Positions 12,207-25,462 of a DNA stretch of 64,000 nucleotides are shown here, in pieces (positions within the stretch are counted from its first letter, which is position 1; every line of letters starts with the position of its first letter). The stretch lies in contig OZ024740.1 in NCBI GenBank assembly GCA_964016885.1, positions 130,634,001 to 130,698,000 on the forward strand. Reading direction: 5' to 3'. The DNA is from Eledone cirrhosa (Eukaryota). The notes under the pieces are model-generated. The model made no database searches and was not told the origin of the DNA. It was given only the letters and a program-made list of their open reading frames with translations. The translations under genes and the position numbers were made by a program.

Positions 12207-13421
12207 ATGGCTAACACACGTTCAAAATCCTCTACTGAATCCCTCAAATCGGAGACACTACTACAGGAAATATCAGAAAAACTCACCATAATAATAGATA
12301 AATATGATTCCCTTACGAATGCCTTACAAGAAATGGAACAACAAACACGCAGCTATAGGGAAAAACTTGATTCACTTGTTACAGACCGACAAAAACAAGA
12401 ACAAACCTTTTCCCCTGAAATAGCTACACATGAACAGAACTCCATCACCAATAATGCATTCAAAGAATGGAATGAACTGAATCTAGAAAAAGAAGCCTCC
12501 AGAAAAAGAAACTAAATGAAACACATTTCGAACCAACTATTAAATCAAAGAAAACAGGCATACTGGAAAGCCTTGAGGAATGAAAACCTAGCAGACACAT
12601 ACGAAATATGGCGTAGCAAGGAACCAGTTATCCTCCCGAGAAAATTCCGAATTAAAGAAATACCATCGGAATCAAAGGAAGAAACTGCAACAAGACTAAA
12701 TCTAGCACTCCAAACACTTGAGACCGAAATCACCCTACTCCGCCTAAGAGTGCCAAAATTCAAAGAGAAATTTGAAAAATGCGACACCACCATCTAAGAG
12801 GAAATAAACAAAAGAAGCAGCGGCAATGTACGTGAAAAACTCCTTAACCTATGGCAGACAGATACAACTAGAGAGGAGTTAAAAGGAAAGAAAATCTCGG
12901 AGTCAAGAACTCAATGGCTTCAAGAATATGAAGATAACTATGGGAAAGACCAAATAAAACCCAGAAAACAAACCCATAGGAAACCCCAGAACTCAGGAAA
13001 ATACAATAACACAAGAAATGAAGCACCCACACACAATAAACCAACAACAACCAGATATTGGGTAACCCCAAACACACAACTTCATACAGACCCAATACTC
13101 AACACCAGAACCCGATACAACCACTGCCATAACACCAACAACAATTACCGGAGACAAAATCAAAGACACATGAATACTGAACGAAACACCAGAAGAACCA
13201 GACCCCCATACAGCAACGACCACGCAAGAGTCTATCGCCCAACCAGTTACCGGCATGAAGTTCCGGCGGGCCAAAGGTTTCACCACAACAGAAACACCCC
13301 TATCCCAAATGGCACCCATTTTTTAGGACTAGGGGCCTCGCACCAAATGAAAGAAAAAAATAAAAAAGCACCACCCTTCAAGTGGCACCTGACGAGAATG
13401 AACCAATCGAACCAAAAATAA
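12207..13421 (+). pseudogene. Upstream ORF1-like frame (~400 codons, 2 premature stops); helical/coiled-coil-like N-half, basic low-complexity C-half
   Basis: ORFs 12207, 12516 and 13170 share one frame, and 12798-13169 reads open in that frame. Confidence 0.7.
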
Positions 13422-15647
13422 TCAATATATCAGCCAAGAAATTAACACAACCAGAAATACAACTGTTAGAAAATGGACTGAAGTTCACTCCCACTCCGAA
13501 AGCAGATACAGCCGATGTTATAAAAGACAAAGAAGAATACTGTCGAAAATTACGCTTAGGAGAATTCTTCCTGGGTGTACAATACGAGGAAGAATCACTG
13601 GTGAAAAACAAAAAGAACTTCACACCCCCGCTAAATAGAGATAAATACCTGGTGGAGTACATAACCTGCCTTCGCCGATCAGCACGTACAAATACGGCCG
13701 AGACGAAACACAAACGCAACATCCCTACAGACCAACTACTAGCATTGAACAAGCTACAAAGGGATTCCTCAATAATAATAAAAGAAGTGGACAAAGTTGG
13801 AGCAATCGTCATGATGGACATAAACCACTACAAAGATATGGTTCTAGCACACTTGAATGACGAAAACATCTAGAGGAAAATCACTAAAAACGAAGAAAGG
13901 AAATCGAGGTACCACATAGGTAAACAAACAACAAAGTACCAAAACGACCTAACACCAAAAGAAGTAGATTACCTAACCAAACTCGAAATGAAAATCAGCA
14001 ATTTCTATGGATTAGCAAAAATTCACAAATCCATTGAAATCCAAAACAACATAAAAGGGAAAAATACATCATACATCGAAGCATCAAAACCGACAGACTT
14101 AAAATTACGCCTCATTATTGCTGGCCCAGCCTCAAGCACACAACGTCTAAGCAACCTATTAGACATCATACTCAAACCCCTATGTAAAAAAGTTCCAAGC
14201 TACATCAGAGATGATATGGAATTCCTTAACTATATCCCCCCAAAAGTACACCAGGATACAATCCTAGTCAGTTTTGATGTAATAAGTCTGTACACTAACA
14301 TCCCACACGACCTAGGGATTGAAGGTGTGGACTTCTGGATTACAAACACTCAAGTCACATTTCAGAAAGATTCCCCAAAGAATTCATCTTGGAAGGACTT
14401 AAATTAGTATTGGAAAACAACCACTTCCTCTTTGACAACGAAATTTATCTACAAATAAAAGGAACAGCCATGGGTACCAAAGTGGCACCTACATATGCAA
14501 CGCTCGTTATGGGTCTCTTAGAGGAAAAATTATATTCCCAACTACAGATAACATTCAGTCACGACTTCGCCTTCTACATTAATAAAAACTGGAAGCGTTA
14601 CCTAGATGACTACTTCATCTTCTGGAACAGAAGACAAACAGGCCTACAAAAATTTTATTCGATCTTAAACAGGCTTCATGAAGCTATACAATTCACTATG
14701 GAATGTAACGAAAAGGAACTGCCCTTTCTAGATATCCTCATCATTAAAGAAGGGGAAAATATCATAACGGACCTATTTTGCAAACCCACTGACACACACC
14801 GATACTTAAATTTCCGGTCAGCACACCCCTCACATAGGAAAAGGAACCTTCCCTTCAACATGGCAAGGCGCATCTGCACTATAGCAACACACCCCGTACT
14901 ACAAGAAAAAAGATTATGTGACCTGAAAAAATTCCTTAAAAAACAAGAATACCCGATGAAACTCATCAACGCAGCCATCTCCAAGGCTAAGAACATCCCA
15001 ATAACAACACTGAGAAAACCAAACCCACAACATAAAAAAGAAAACCCTGCTATCTCTTTTGTCATCACTCACAACCCAGATACATCAACATTGTGAAAAC
15101 TGCTAAGCAGTATCTCCCGATTCTACAGGAATCTACCAAAATGAATGCACTCTTAAAAAACACACAGATAAGTTATAGCAGACACCAAGCACCCAACCAT
15201 AACAAACTAATTACCAAGGCAAAATTTACGACCAACATGGAATCAATGCAAGTGACGAAATGCGGGGACCCTAGATGTAAAACCTGTGAACTCATCGAAG
15301 AGGGCAAACAGTTGTCCTTCAAAAACTATGATAATTTCAAGGTCAATGCAAACATGAACTGCAAAACGAAAAACCTAATATATTGCGCAACATGTCCACA
15401 GTGTAAAGAGTATTGCATTGGGGAAACCGGAACGGGACTACATGATAGAGTCCGGGTACATAAACAACAGATTAAAGACCCCACAATCAGAAATACTACA
15501 TGTAGCGCACACTTTGCATCATGCGGGAAGGGAAAATTCACAATATTCCATTTCTTCAAGATTTGGTCGCATAACGAACATTTCCGCAGATATAAAGAAG
15601 AATTCTTCATTGAAAAATGTAAACCACTACTGAACACGAAAAAGTGA
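13382..15647 (+). pseudogene. Penelope-type RT + CxxC linker + GIY-YIG endonuclease (stop at 13871, frameshifts near 14345 and 15085)
   Basis: INIS..LT..E..LL..GLKFTP, FDVISLYTNIP, GTAMG, RYLDD, KPTDTH, CGDPRCKTC, NLIY..C..C..IGET. Confidence 0.93.
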
Positions 15648-15923
15648 ATTAACACTCCGAGGTAAAAATCCATTTCACTGCCCCCCCCCCCCCACACACT
15701 TCTTATGTGTACACATGCATATCTGAGTGAACGGTGAGACACACATATATATGTGTAGCTATGTATGGATGTATGTACGTGTGGGTATATATGTATGTGG
15801 GTGTGTGTATGTGTGTGTATATATATGTATGGATGTGTGTATGTTTGTATGTGTGTGTGTATATATATATATATGTGGGTGTATGTGTGTATATATATGT
15901 ATATGTATGTATGTGTATATTTG

Positions 15924-15967
<44 letters not shown>

Positions 15968-16091
15968 TATATGTTTATATGTGTGTGTATGTATATGTAT
16001 GTATCTATATATGTGTGTGTGTGTATGTGCATATATGTATATATGTGTGTACATATATGTATGTTTCTGTATGTGTATATGTATGTATGTA

Positions 16092-16156
<65 letters not shown>

Positions 16157-16215
16157 CTTTATGTGTTTGTGTGTACATATATATATATATATATGTGTGT
16201 ATGTATATGTATGTA

Positions 16216-16271
<56 letters not shown>

Positions 16272-16343
16272 TATATATATGTATGTATATGTATGTGTAT
16301 ATATGTATGTGTGTATATATGTGTTTGAATGTGTATGTGTATG

Positions 16344-16378
<35 letters not shown>

Positions 16379-16440
16379 ATATATATAAGTATATATATAT
16401 GTGTATATGTATGTATATGTGTGTATGTGTCTGTATGTGT

Positions 16441-16488
<48 letters not shown>

Positions 16489-17447
16489 AGTGTATGCCTC
16501 TATATATATATATATGTGTGTGTATGTGTGTGTGTATGCATGTATGTGTGAACGGATGTATATATACGGACATATGTATATGTGTGTGTGTGTGTGTCCA
16601 CACGTGTGTGTGTTTGTGTATGTGTGCGTGTATGTGGATATATGTATATTTAGTTATGTATCTTTATGTGGGTATATGTATGTATATGTATGTATGTATA
16701 TATATATATATACCCATGTGGAGGTATGAGTACATATTCGTGTGTGTACGTATGTGTATATGTGTTTTATATGTGTCTATATGTTTTTATGTATGTATGT
16801 GGATGTATATGTACATGGGTTTGTGATTGATGTTGTGTGCCTATATATTCCTACATATGCCCGTATGTGTATGTACGTATATACGCACATATGTGTGTGT
16901 TGAACAAAGGACTAATTTTGGGATGGAGGTAGAAAAATTCTTCAGAAAAAAATAATTGTTTACAAGCTTGGCAGGTGCGGTTTGCCTATGATCATTTTCG
17001 ATACAAAGGAATACTAAAAGCTTTTTCCCCTGAATAAAGGAATTTTTCGAGAATGACCGGGGCAGGCCGCGCTTGCTACATTTCTCCCCACCCAACCCTA
17101 CTCACTGTCTCAACTCATTACTGCTATTACCTTTTTTCAACACACCTACACCCCTACACTTATTAAAGGGGGAGAACAAAACCCCACCACACCACAGACA
17201 TGTTAAATCCCTATATATAGAACAACACACCACATACACATCAGTTTGACATGCGCACCTCAGCGTGAAAGGTCTTTCTAAAAAAGAAATAATACCTCCT
17301 ACGTTAACCAAGAACTCCTCAGACCTAACAAACAACCAACAACTTAATTTATAAACATTTTTTTTTAAGAAAAATTCTTTTGGGATTTTGTGAAGAAAAT
17401 AAATTTGTTGAAAGCACAAGTGAAGCCATTTTTTCTTCCCCCCTGTC

Positions 17448-17499
<52 letters not shown>

Positions 17500-17505
<6 letters not shown>

Positions 17506-17842
17506 AACGTTTGTATATGTATAATAAAGCAAAACAATGCAGGTATGGACATAGAATCATGAATACAAATGCAAAACATATTGTTGGCAGTTAGCCTTTT
17601 AACTTAGATGTATTTAAATGTCCTTAATTTTCGAGTCAGCATGACTTGGCAAGCTATTTAGAACCCTGGTTTAACCGCTTTACATCCCTCCGAAGAAGAG
17701 ATATTATCTCGAAAATTAAGGATATTTAAATAAAGCTTAAGTAAAAGACTAATTGTCAACAATATCTTTTGCATTTGCATTCTTTATTATATGTCCATAC
17801 CTGCATTGTTTTGGCTTTATTATACATATACAAACGTTTATA
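17500..17842. repeat. Diverged ~135-bp inverted repeat (PLE pseudo-LTR remnant)
   Basis: 17500-17634 vs 17708-17842. Confidence 0.8.
17684..17723 (+). ncRNA. Minimal hammerhead (CCGAAGA core variant)
   Basis: atccct-CCGAAGA-a-gagat-att-atctc-GAAA-at-TA-aggat. Confidence 0.65.
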
Positions 17843-18016
17843 CCTCATTACACAATGCTTCAAGTGAACTATAACCTCCTCCTATATATATATTTATATA
17901 TATGTGTATGGGCGTGTGTGTGTGAATATATATATGTGTATATATATATAAAATTATACCTATGTATGTTACAGCCGTACTAAGAGTGAGAAATGAAATT
18001 TGGTTTCATTTTTCCG

Positions 18017-18067
<51 letters not shown>

Positions 18068-18072
<5 letters not shown>

Positions 18073-19231
18073 TAAACGGAATAGAAAATGCTGACAAATT
18101 GTTCACAGTTGAAAAATGGTTTAATTAGGAATAAAAGAGTATTAGTGATTGTATGGGTTAGTATTCAGTTGTGGTTTTAAGTTTTTAAGTTTTTACCGGT
18201 TGCGCATTTCTAAATGCTTTTCAAAAATAATTTTGAGATAGAGTGTCCGTGCTGTTTGCTCTGATCTGATTAGTTTTGGGAATTCTACCTGTTTTTATGT
18301 TAAAAAAATGGCTCCAGCGTTATTTTTGTGTTGTAAAAATGCTTGTGGTCAAAACAATTTTGATTGGTCGGTAGAGGTCATGTGAATGTAAAAAGTTGAT
18401 TTTGCGCCAAGACACCCTAAAGTAAATCAACCAAAACTAAAAGCTCTTCCATACATCTCCACACACAACCCCCTCAACAACGAGGCCTTTGACACCATCC
18501 TCCAGAACATCCCTGTATTGAAAAAGGACCATAGAATGAACCAAATTCTACGAACACACGATATCATAAAGAGCAAAAGACAATCCAAGTCAATGAAAAA
18601 CATCTTAACACATGCCAAAGTACTGCCAACCACAACAACGAAACCCACAGTAAAAAAATGCGATAGACCCAACTGTGGCATTTGCATCAACCTAATAGAG
18701 GGTTTGGAATTCTATTTCAAAGATGGACAACGTTTTATAGTAAAACACAATTTCACATGTGCATCGGAAAATTTAATATATGTATTAACTTGTTCAGGTT
18801 GTCGAGAACAATACATAGGCCAGACCAAAAACAGCCTCCGCCAACGCATGACTGTCCATAGATCCCAAAATTAAATACGGGAATACAGGAAAATACCACT
18901 GAGTGAACACATTGATACCTGCGCCGCCCAAAATCATCCCAACTTCAGAATCTTTCCCCTCTACAAATTTAAAGATAATGCCACCCACACCCAGCGCATC
19001 AGCAAGGAATCTTACTTCATTAACAAATACGGACCCCGTCTAAACACTTCTCCCTAAGACGAACCCACAACATACACACGTCAACATACATACCTACATC
19101 AGCACACATCTCTACCCACATATAAACACAATGACACACGTAAACACACATGCTCTATGGTGCAATACAAAAAAATATATGTGCATATATATGTATGTAT
19201 ATATGTATATATATATATGTATGTAGTGAAA

Positions 19232-19277
<46 letters not shown>

Positions 19278-19583
19278 GTATATAGTGAATATCATTTCAC
19301 ACCTTTTATTGTTAAGATTGTTGATGTTCTATTAAGAGAACCGATTTTACTGAAAAAATCGAATAATGTACACCATTTTACCAGGGGGGAAAAAAATACT
19401 GGTCCACCCACACACGCACACACACACACACACACATATATACACAGACACATACACACGCGTACATCAACATACAAAGAGACTTATACACACACACACA
19501 CACACACACACACGCACTTCTCCGTATAAGACAAAAGCTGAAAAATATCTTTTGACCTTCGAATGACTCTGCTGTGTGTATGT

Positions 19584-19621
<38 letters not shown>

Positions 19622-19690
19622 ATCTTAATAGCCATTTGACACACATCGCTGGTGGCTATTGTCGCAGCATCGAACACCTTACTACTACTA

Positions 19691-19728
<38 letters not shown>

Positions 19729-20247
19729 TTGTTGTGAAAGAGTCATTTCTCAATCTTGGCGCAAAACCAATTTTTTATCCACATGACCTCTACCGACCAA
19801 TCAAAATTGTTTTGACCATAATCTTTGCTGGAGCCACTTTTCTAACATTTTAACATAAAAACAGTCTTGGCGCAAAATCAACTTTTTACATTCACATGAC
19901 CTCTACCGACCAATCAAAATTGTTTTGACCACAAGCATTTTTACAACACAAAAATAACGCTGGAGCCATTTTTTTAACATAAAAACAGGTAGAATTCCCA
20001 AAACTAATCAGATCAGAGCAAACAGCACGGACACTCTATCTCAAAATTATTTTTGAAAAGCATTTAGAAATGCGCAACCGGTAAAAACTTAAAAACTTAA
20101 AACCACAACTGAATACTAACCCATACAATCACTAATACTCTTTTATTCCTAATTAAACCATTTTTCAACTGTGAACAATTTGTCAGCATTTTCTATTCCG
20201 TTTACCAATATATAATAACTTGTGTGTTACACCTCTATTCTTTTAAC
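18068..20247 (+). mobile_element. 5'-truncated Neptune-type PLE (GIY-YIG end, 18414-19057) with a 346-bp inverted pseudo-LTR
   Basis: CDRPNCGIC, NLIYVLTCSGC..YIGQT; 18068-18413 is the reverse complement of 19864-20209; partial tandem duplicate at 19754-19863. Confidence 0.88.
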
Positions 20248-20294
<47 letters not shown>

Positions 20295-20296
<2 letters not shown>

Positions 20297-22190
20297 CTCT
20301 GATATCTTTGATAGGTTTCGGCAGTATTAGCCCAGGCCATGTCTAACCTAATAGCACCACCTGGCGAAGTCTTACAAATCAGTGTTTGGGCAGCATGGCA
20401 CACTCGAGCAGAGAATTATTGTTTACGGAGGCATATCCGGGTGTAGGAGGCTTATCCGGGATTTCTTGAACTTGATGAGGTCTGTCTCTGCTTTGATGTG
20501 TTTTGGTCTAATGTTATAGAGTGCAGGGCCAATTGAGGTGAAATAATTGTACCGTATTGTTGTTATGTGATGCGAGTGGGATTTTGTCCTGGGCGGATAG
20601 CACGGGGCCCAAGCCTTGGGTGAACACTAAAGATGATGCCAACATCATTTGGGCTAAGCTGATGGAATATTTTCCACATCATACAGATAATGTATCGCTC
20701 AGCACGACGTTGAAGAGAATAAAGTTTAAGCTTTTCTAATCGACCCCAATAGTCAAGGCTTGTCATGCCAACTATCTTTTTTGTAATTGACATTTGGGGT
20801 GCTTCAACTTTCATGATACTTTGTTTCGTGTGTGGTGACCACAGTGGACAACAGTATTCAAGGTGGGGTCGGGCAAAAGTGGAGAAGAGGAGGACAACAG
20901 GGTGGATATCTCTCGACTGGAAAGTTCTGAGAATCCAGGAACAAATTATGCGGGCCATATCAACTTTGCTGTTTATATGAGTGGCCCAGCTTATATTGTT
21001 GTCCACAATTACTCCCAGGTCTTTGATGTTATTGGAAGCCACCAGAGTTTCACCCGAAGGAAGAGAGTATGGTAGTTTCAGAGCATCCTTTTTTCCAAAG
21101 TGGATTAGTTCAAATGTATCCTCATTCAACAGCATATTATTCATCTCTGCCCATTGGATAACAGCCAGTAGGTCTGACTGAAGGCAAGTCCGGTCACCCA
21201 CCTCATTGATGACCCTTTGGAGCTTTGAATCATCTGCGAAGGTTCTGATGTTACTGTGTTTGATGAAGTCAGCAATGTCATTAATGTAGATGATAAAAAG
21301 AAGTGAGCCCAACACAGTGCCTTGTGGGACGCCACTGCGGACTTTGGTAGGGCTTGATTTTACTCCTTGGACTACAACATGCTGGGTTCTTCCTGTCAGG
21401 AAACATTTGATCCACTGTAGTAAACTTTCATAGACACCAACATTGAATAGTTTTTTCAGTAGAATCTTATGATCAACCCTGTCGAAGGCCTTGCAGAAAT
21501 CAAGGTAGATGACATCAACGTTGGAGCCCTCTCCCAAGGCTCTCAAAACATCGTCAAATTGATGTAGGAGCTGCGTTAGGCAGTCCCTTCCATTACGGAA
21601 TCCATGTTGGTTGGAGTTCAGCAGGCCGTTGCTTTCAAGAAAGTGGGTTATTCGTGATGTCACAACCATATCAAATACACTGATAATATGAGAGGTGAGT
21701 GAGATCGGACGGTAGTTCACTGCAAGGGACTTATTTCCCTTTTTGAAGACTGGGACAACGGACTAGGACAGAAAGTTTTCAGGAATATAGCCAGTGTCAA
21801 GTGAGTTCCTCCACAGATTAGCAAGAGGAGTTGCAAGTTGGTGTCGACACACCTTCAGGACATAAGCAGGGAACCTGTCGGGGCCTAATACTGTATTGTG
21901 TTTAATTTCGTTTATTGCCGCTAAGACATCAGGGGCGCCAAACGTTATGTCTGATATAGTGTTTTGGGGGTTAATATCACAGATACGACCCAGATCGGCC
22001 ATATCAGGGTTGCTGAAAACAGAACAGTATTGTTTCTGCAGTATCTCGCCCATGGTTTTGGCAATGTCCTGGAGTGTGCCATGTTCATCAACTAGGGGGC
22101 CAACAGGAGAGACGGTGACCTTGTGTTCTTTAGCGAATGAGAAGAACACTTTGGGGTTGAGTTTTATTTTCTCAATGGCCCACCTCAGCT
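20295..22190 (-). mobile_element. 5'-truncated CR1-clade LINE (RT, ORF 20563..21720)
   Basis: NYRPISLTS, QHGFR, YLDFCKAFDRVDH, SGVPQGTVLG, FADDSKL, RPHLEYCCPLWSP. Confidence 0.9.
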
Positions 22191-22432
22191 ATTCTCTGGT
22201 TATTGATGATGGTCATCATGCATTACTGGAGGTTATATTTTTTTGACTCAAACAGGGTGATAGCCATTGAATGTGTGGATTGCTGTTGGCAGTATTTTAG
22301 TGTGTTAATTTTTTTGTTTGTTCTTTTTATTTTCCTGATAATTGTTTTTTTTGTATTGGGGGATACTGCACTTGGTTTTTTCACAGGTTTTGGAGGGGTG
22401 TTTTATACATACAGTTGTGACAGTGTCTACAA

Positions 22433-22503
<71 letters not shown>

Positions 22504-22504
<1 letters not shown>

Positions 22505-22701
22505 CTAATGTTACGGCGTGAAAACCAGCTGTCATAAGGCAAAAAGTATCGTAGTGTGTATCAATTTTAAATTATAAAGATAAGCTAGTTTTTACAGTCT
22601 TTCTCTTCATCTTCAACAGTATACATGAGTGGGACCACTGTCAAAGCTTAATAGTTGTAGAGTTAATACAGAGGTTAACGAATTAATATACGCATATATC
22701 T

Positions 22702-22796
<95 letters not shown>

Positions 22797-23771
22797 AATA
22801 TATATACACATATATGTGTACATAGACACATACATACACATCAATATACACTCGTACAAAAATATACATACATGCAAAGAGAAAAGCGTGCTAATTGTAA
22901 TTATGGCAAAAAGAAGGTAAAGTAACATTGTAGTAGTGAAATGAGAAAAACTAGGATCTAGGATCAAATGATTGCAGCAGCTAAGAAGGAGTAAGATTGT
23001 TGGTAGATGAGGTACTTACAGACAATTGTGTGGTATAGACTTGTGAAGGAAATAGTATACTTAATTAATATATTTCTGTGGGTAGTAGGTATCCTAATTT
23101 AAAGCTATGTTATATTGGTTCGATTCACGGAGGTTTGAATCTTATGAATTTAGTGGCTATTCTGCAGAAGATAGATCTTTCTAACTTATTATTAAGTAGC
23201 CTTTTAACATTTCTAAGGATATACAATAGCTCAATACTTTTTGCCTTATGACAGCTGGTTTTCACGCCGTAACATTAGATACATTATATACCCCCCACCT
23301 AAGTAATGTCAGGGTCTCCTTAAATAGTTTATTGATAGCATTGTTGTAATAATTGTTGTTGTTATTGTTCTAATTGAATGCCATAACTACTCCATATTTT
23401 CTTATCTTTTCTTGCCTGTGTATTTTCTTCATTCTCGCATGCTCCGAAGATCTGACTGGTTATAATTCTGTATTGGCGATCGAGTGACGCAAAATTAGGC
23501 GGGTAGCGATCTCTAGACATACCAGTTCAGTGAAACAAATGTAAGCTATGTGATTAAAAACTTTTTTGTATAGCAAACCATGTAAACCTTCTTTCCTGAT
23601 TTATTATTACTCCAAGTGTTTACAACATAGGAATTACAGCATACCCGCAGCATCACTATGAAAACGCCTTGTTGAGTCAAACCAAGCCAAGCGTTAATAT
23701 CATCCACTACCTGGAATACCATAACTGGACTTCACCTAAGCGGACTGCATTTAACTATTATTTGTTAATCC

Positions 23772-23772
<1 letters not shown>
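22504..23772 (+). mobile_element. Non-coding PLE-like element between (TA)n tracts, with ~46-bp inverted repeats and an HHR
   Basis: tctaatgttacggcgtgaaaaccagctgtcataaggcaaaaagtat (22504) is inverted at 23234-23279; HHR at 23438. Confidence 0.55.
23438..23550 (+). ncRNA. Type I hammerhead with ~80-nt stem II domain
   Basis: catgct-CCGAAGA-t-ctgactggt...accagttcag-t-GAAA-caaatg-TA-agctatg. Confidence 0.7.
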
Positions 23773-23858
<86 letters not shown>

Positions 23859-24255
23859 GTATAATATATCTATATTTATATGTATATATCTATATCTATA
23901 TACACACATATATATATATTCTATAGACTTCTGCCTGAGGAATGCTCTCAGAATGACCAATGGGAAGTTTGACACTTTTTTATTATTTTGTTCCTTTAAC
24001 ACCTTGTCCCTTCTACCATCTTATCAATATTTTAAGATAACTCCAACAATAAAAACACTTAGAATGAGGAATGTTCTAATAACTGACCAATGAGAGGAGA
24101 AGAGGCCCTTTGACACTGAAATTCGATTGTTTGAATTCATACGATTCCAGTTCCCCAGTGAAATAACAACCCAACCAGGAACTGGGCATATCAGAGTATT
24201 GACAATATTATACACCTCAACAACATATGTACTTGTCTATACCATACTAATTCAA

Positions 24256-24310
24256 ACTGCCTGAAGAGGTCACAGCCAAAGATGGCTGTCACTGAAATAT
24301 ATATAGCAGT
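24256..24310 (+). ncRNA. Type I hammerhead
   Basis: actgc-CTGAAGA-ggtcacagcc-aaagat-ggctgtcact-GAAA-tatata-TA-gcagt. Confidence 0.85.
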
Positions 24311-24735
24311 AATAAACGAAGCTAAATTTTAAACATTTGACTTTTAACTTAACTTTATTTTACACACAGATTTATATATATATACATATATATATATATA
24401 TACAGACAGTTCAAGAGTAACCAATCTTAAAGAGAGAGATGGAGATAGGAGAGGAGATATGAGTGGAGAGATTGGTGAATTAGTTAGAAGCCAAAGCGTA
24501 AAGGCATGTGCTCAATGTGCAATATGCAGTAGAAAGCAGCTAGGTGGCTGGGTTTATGTAGAATTTAGGTGCGCAGAGCTATATTCCTTTGAATTTCCGA
24601 TGAGCCGCTTTGTTTTAAATGTGATAATTATTTTCAGCTGAACAGATCAATACTGATATATAGTCATCTTATCCAGAAATATTATATGGAGTAGTGAAAC
24701 AATTGTAAACGGACATTATTATTATTAATATTATT

Positions 24736-24926
24736 GGGCGGTGGATTGGCAGTATCGGTAGAGGGTCGGACGCCATGCTTTCCAGCATAGTTACGTCCCT
24801 TTACGATCTGAGTTCAAATGCCGCCGAGGTTGACTTTGCCTTTCATCCTTGCGGGGTCGATAAAATAAAGTACCAGTAATGCACTGGGTAATTGCTGGCC
24901 TTGTGCCTAAAGTAGAAACAATTATT
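24736..24926 (+). mobile_element. tRNA-head SINE, full copy
   Basis: A box TGGCAGTATCGG, B box GTTCAAAT, core, tail ggccttgtgcctaaagtagaaacaattatt. Confidence 0.9.
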
Positions 24927-25037
24927 AATAATATTATTATTATTATGCTCTACATTCCTTACATCAAACTAAAATATGTTCCCAATCTTTCAATAATGTC
25001 TTCATTGCGAAATGTGTGGCCTTGTTTACCTTAACTA

Positions 25038-25117
<80 letters not shown>

Positions 25118-25192
25118 ATGAGCGGAACAAGTAAATATTAAACAATCTTTTAAATTAATTAAAATACTAGTCAAATCTTCACCTGATCCGAC

Positions 25193-25271
25193 GGTTACCG
25201 ACGGTTTCACTAATCAAAAGATTGGAAATTCAGAGAATTTGCAATGGAAAGAATTAGATCTTCAGACAGCC
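25193..25271 (-). ncRNA. Hammerhead core with ~50-nt stem II; stem I weak
   Basis: Minus strand: CTGAAGA-t-ctaatt...gattag-t-GAAA-ccg-TC. Confidence 0.5.
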
Positions 25272-25428
25272 ATTTCCGTACCATCGGGTATAAAGCCTCA
25301 TCGTAAGTAAATATATCGCTTCCTGCCCAATGCATGAAGTCAGGCCGTTAAAGTGGCCTACACATGAATAGGCCGTAAATAAAAATGGGATAATATAGAC
25401 TCGTTGATATTTCATGCCGCAAAAAAAA

Positions 25429-25462
<34 letters not shown>

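Larger units (their letters stand above)
11663..17450 (+). mobile_element. Near-complete Neptune-type PLE bounded by direct pseudo-LTRs (11663-12146 and 16993-17450)
   Basis: ~460-480 bp direct repeats flanking an upstream ORF, an RT-GIY-YIG ORF and a 1.3 kb microsatellite UTR. Confidence 0.9.

Noticed and set aside
18068-20209. DNA transposon with 346-bp TIRs
   Set aside because: The interior encodes a PLE GIY-YIG; the repeat is better explained as an inverted pseudo-LTR
24736-24810. tRNA gene
   Set aside because: A/B boxes only, as a SINE head; no cloverleaf evident
25165-25310. Possible host exon ending in GTAAGT
   Set aside because: No recognisable protein; the opposite strand holds an HHR core and the segment is microsatellite-bounded
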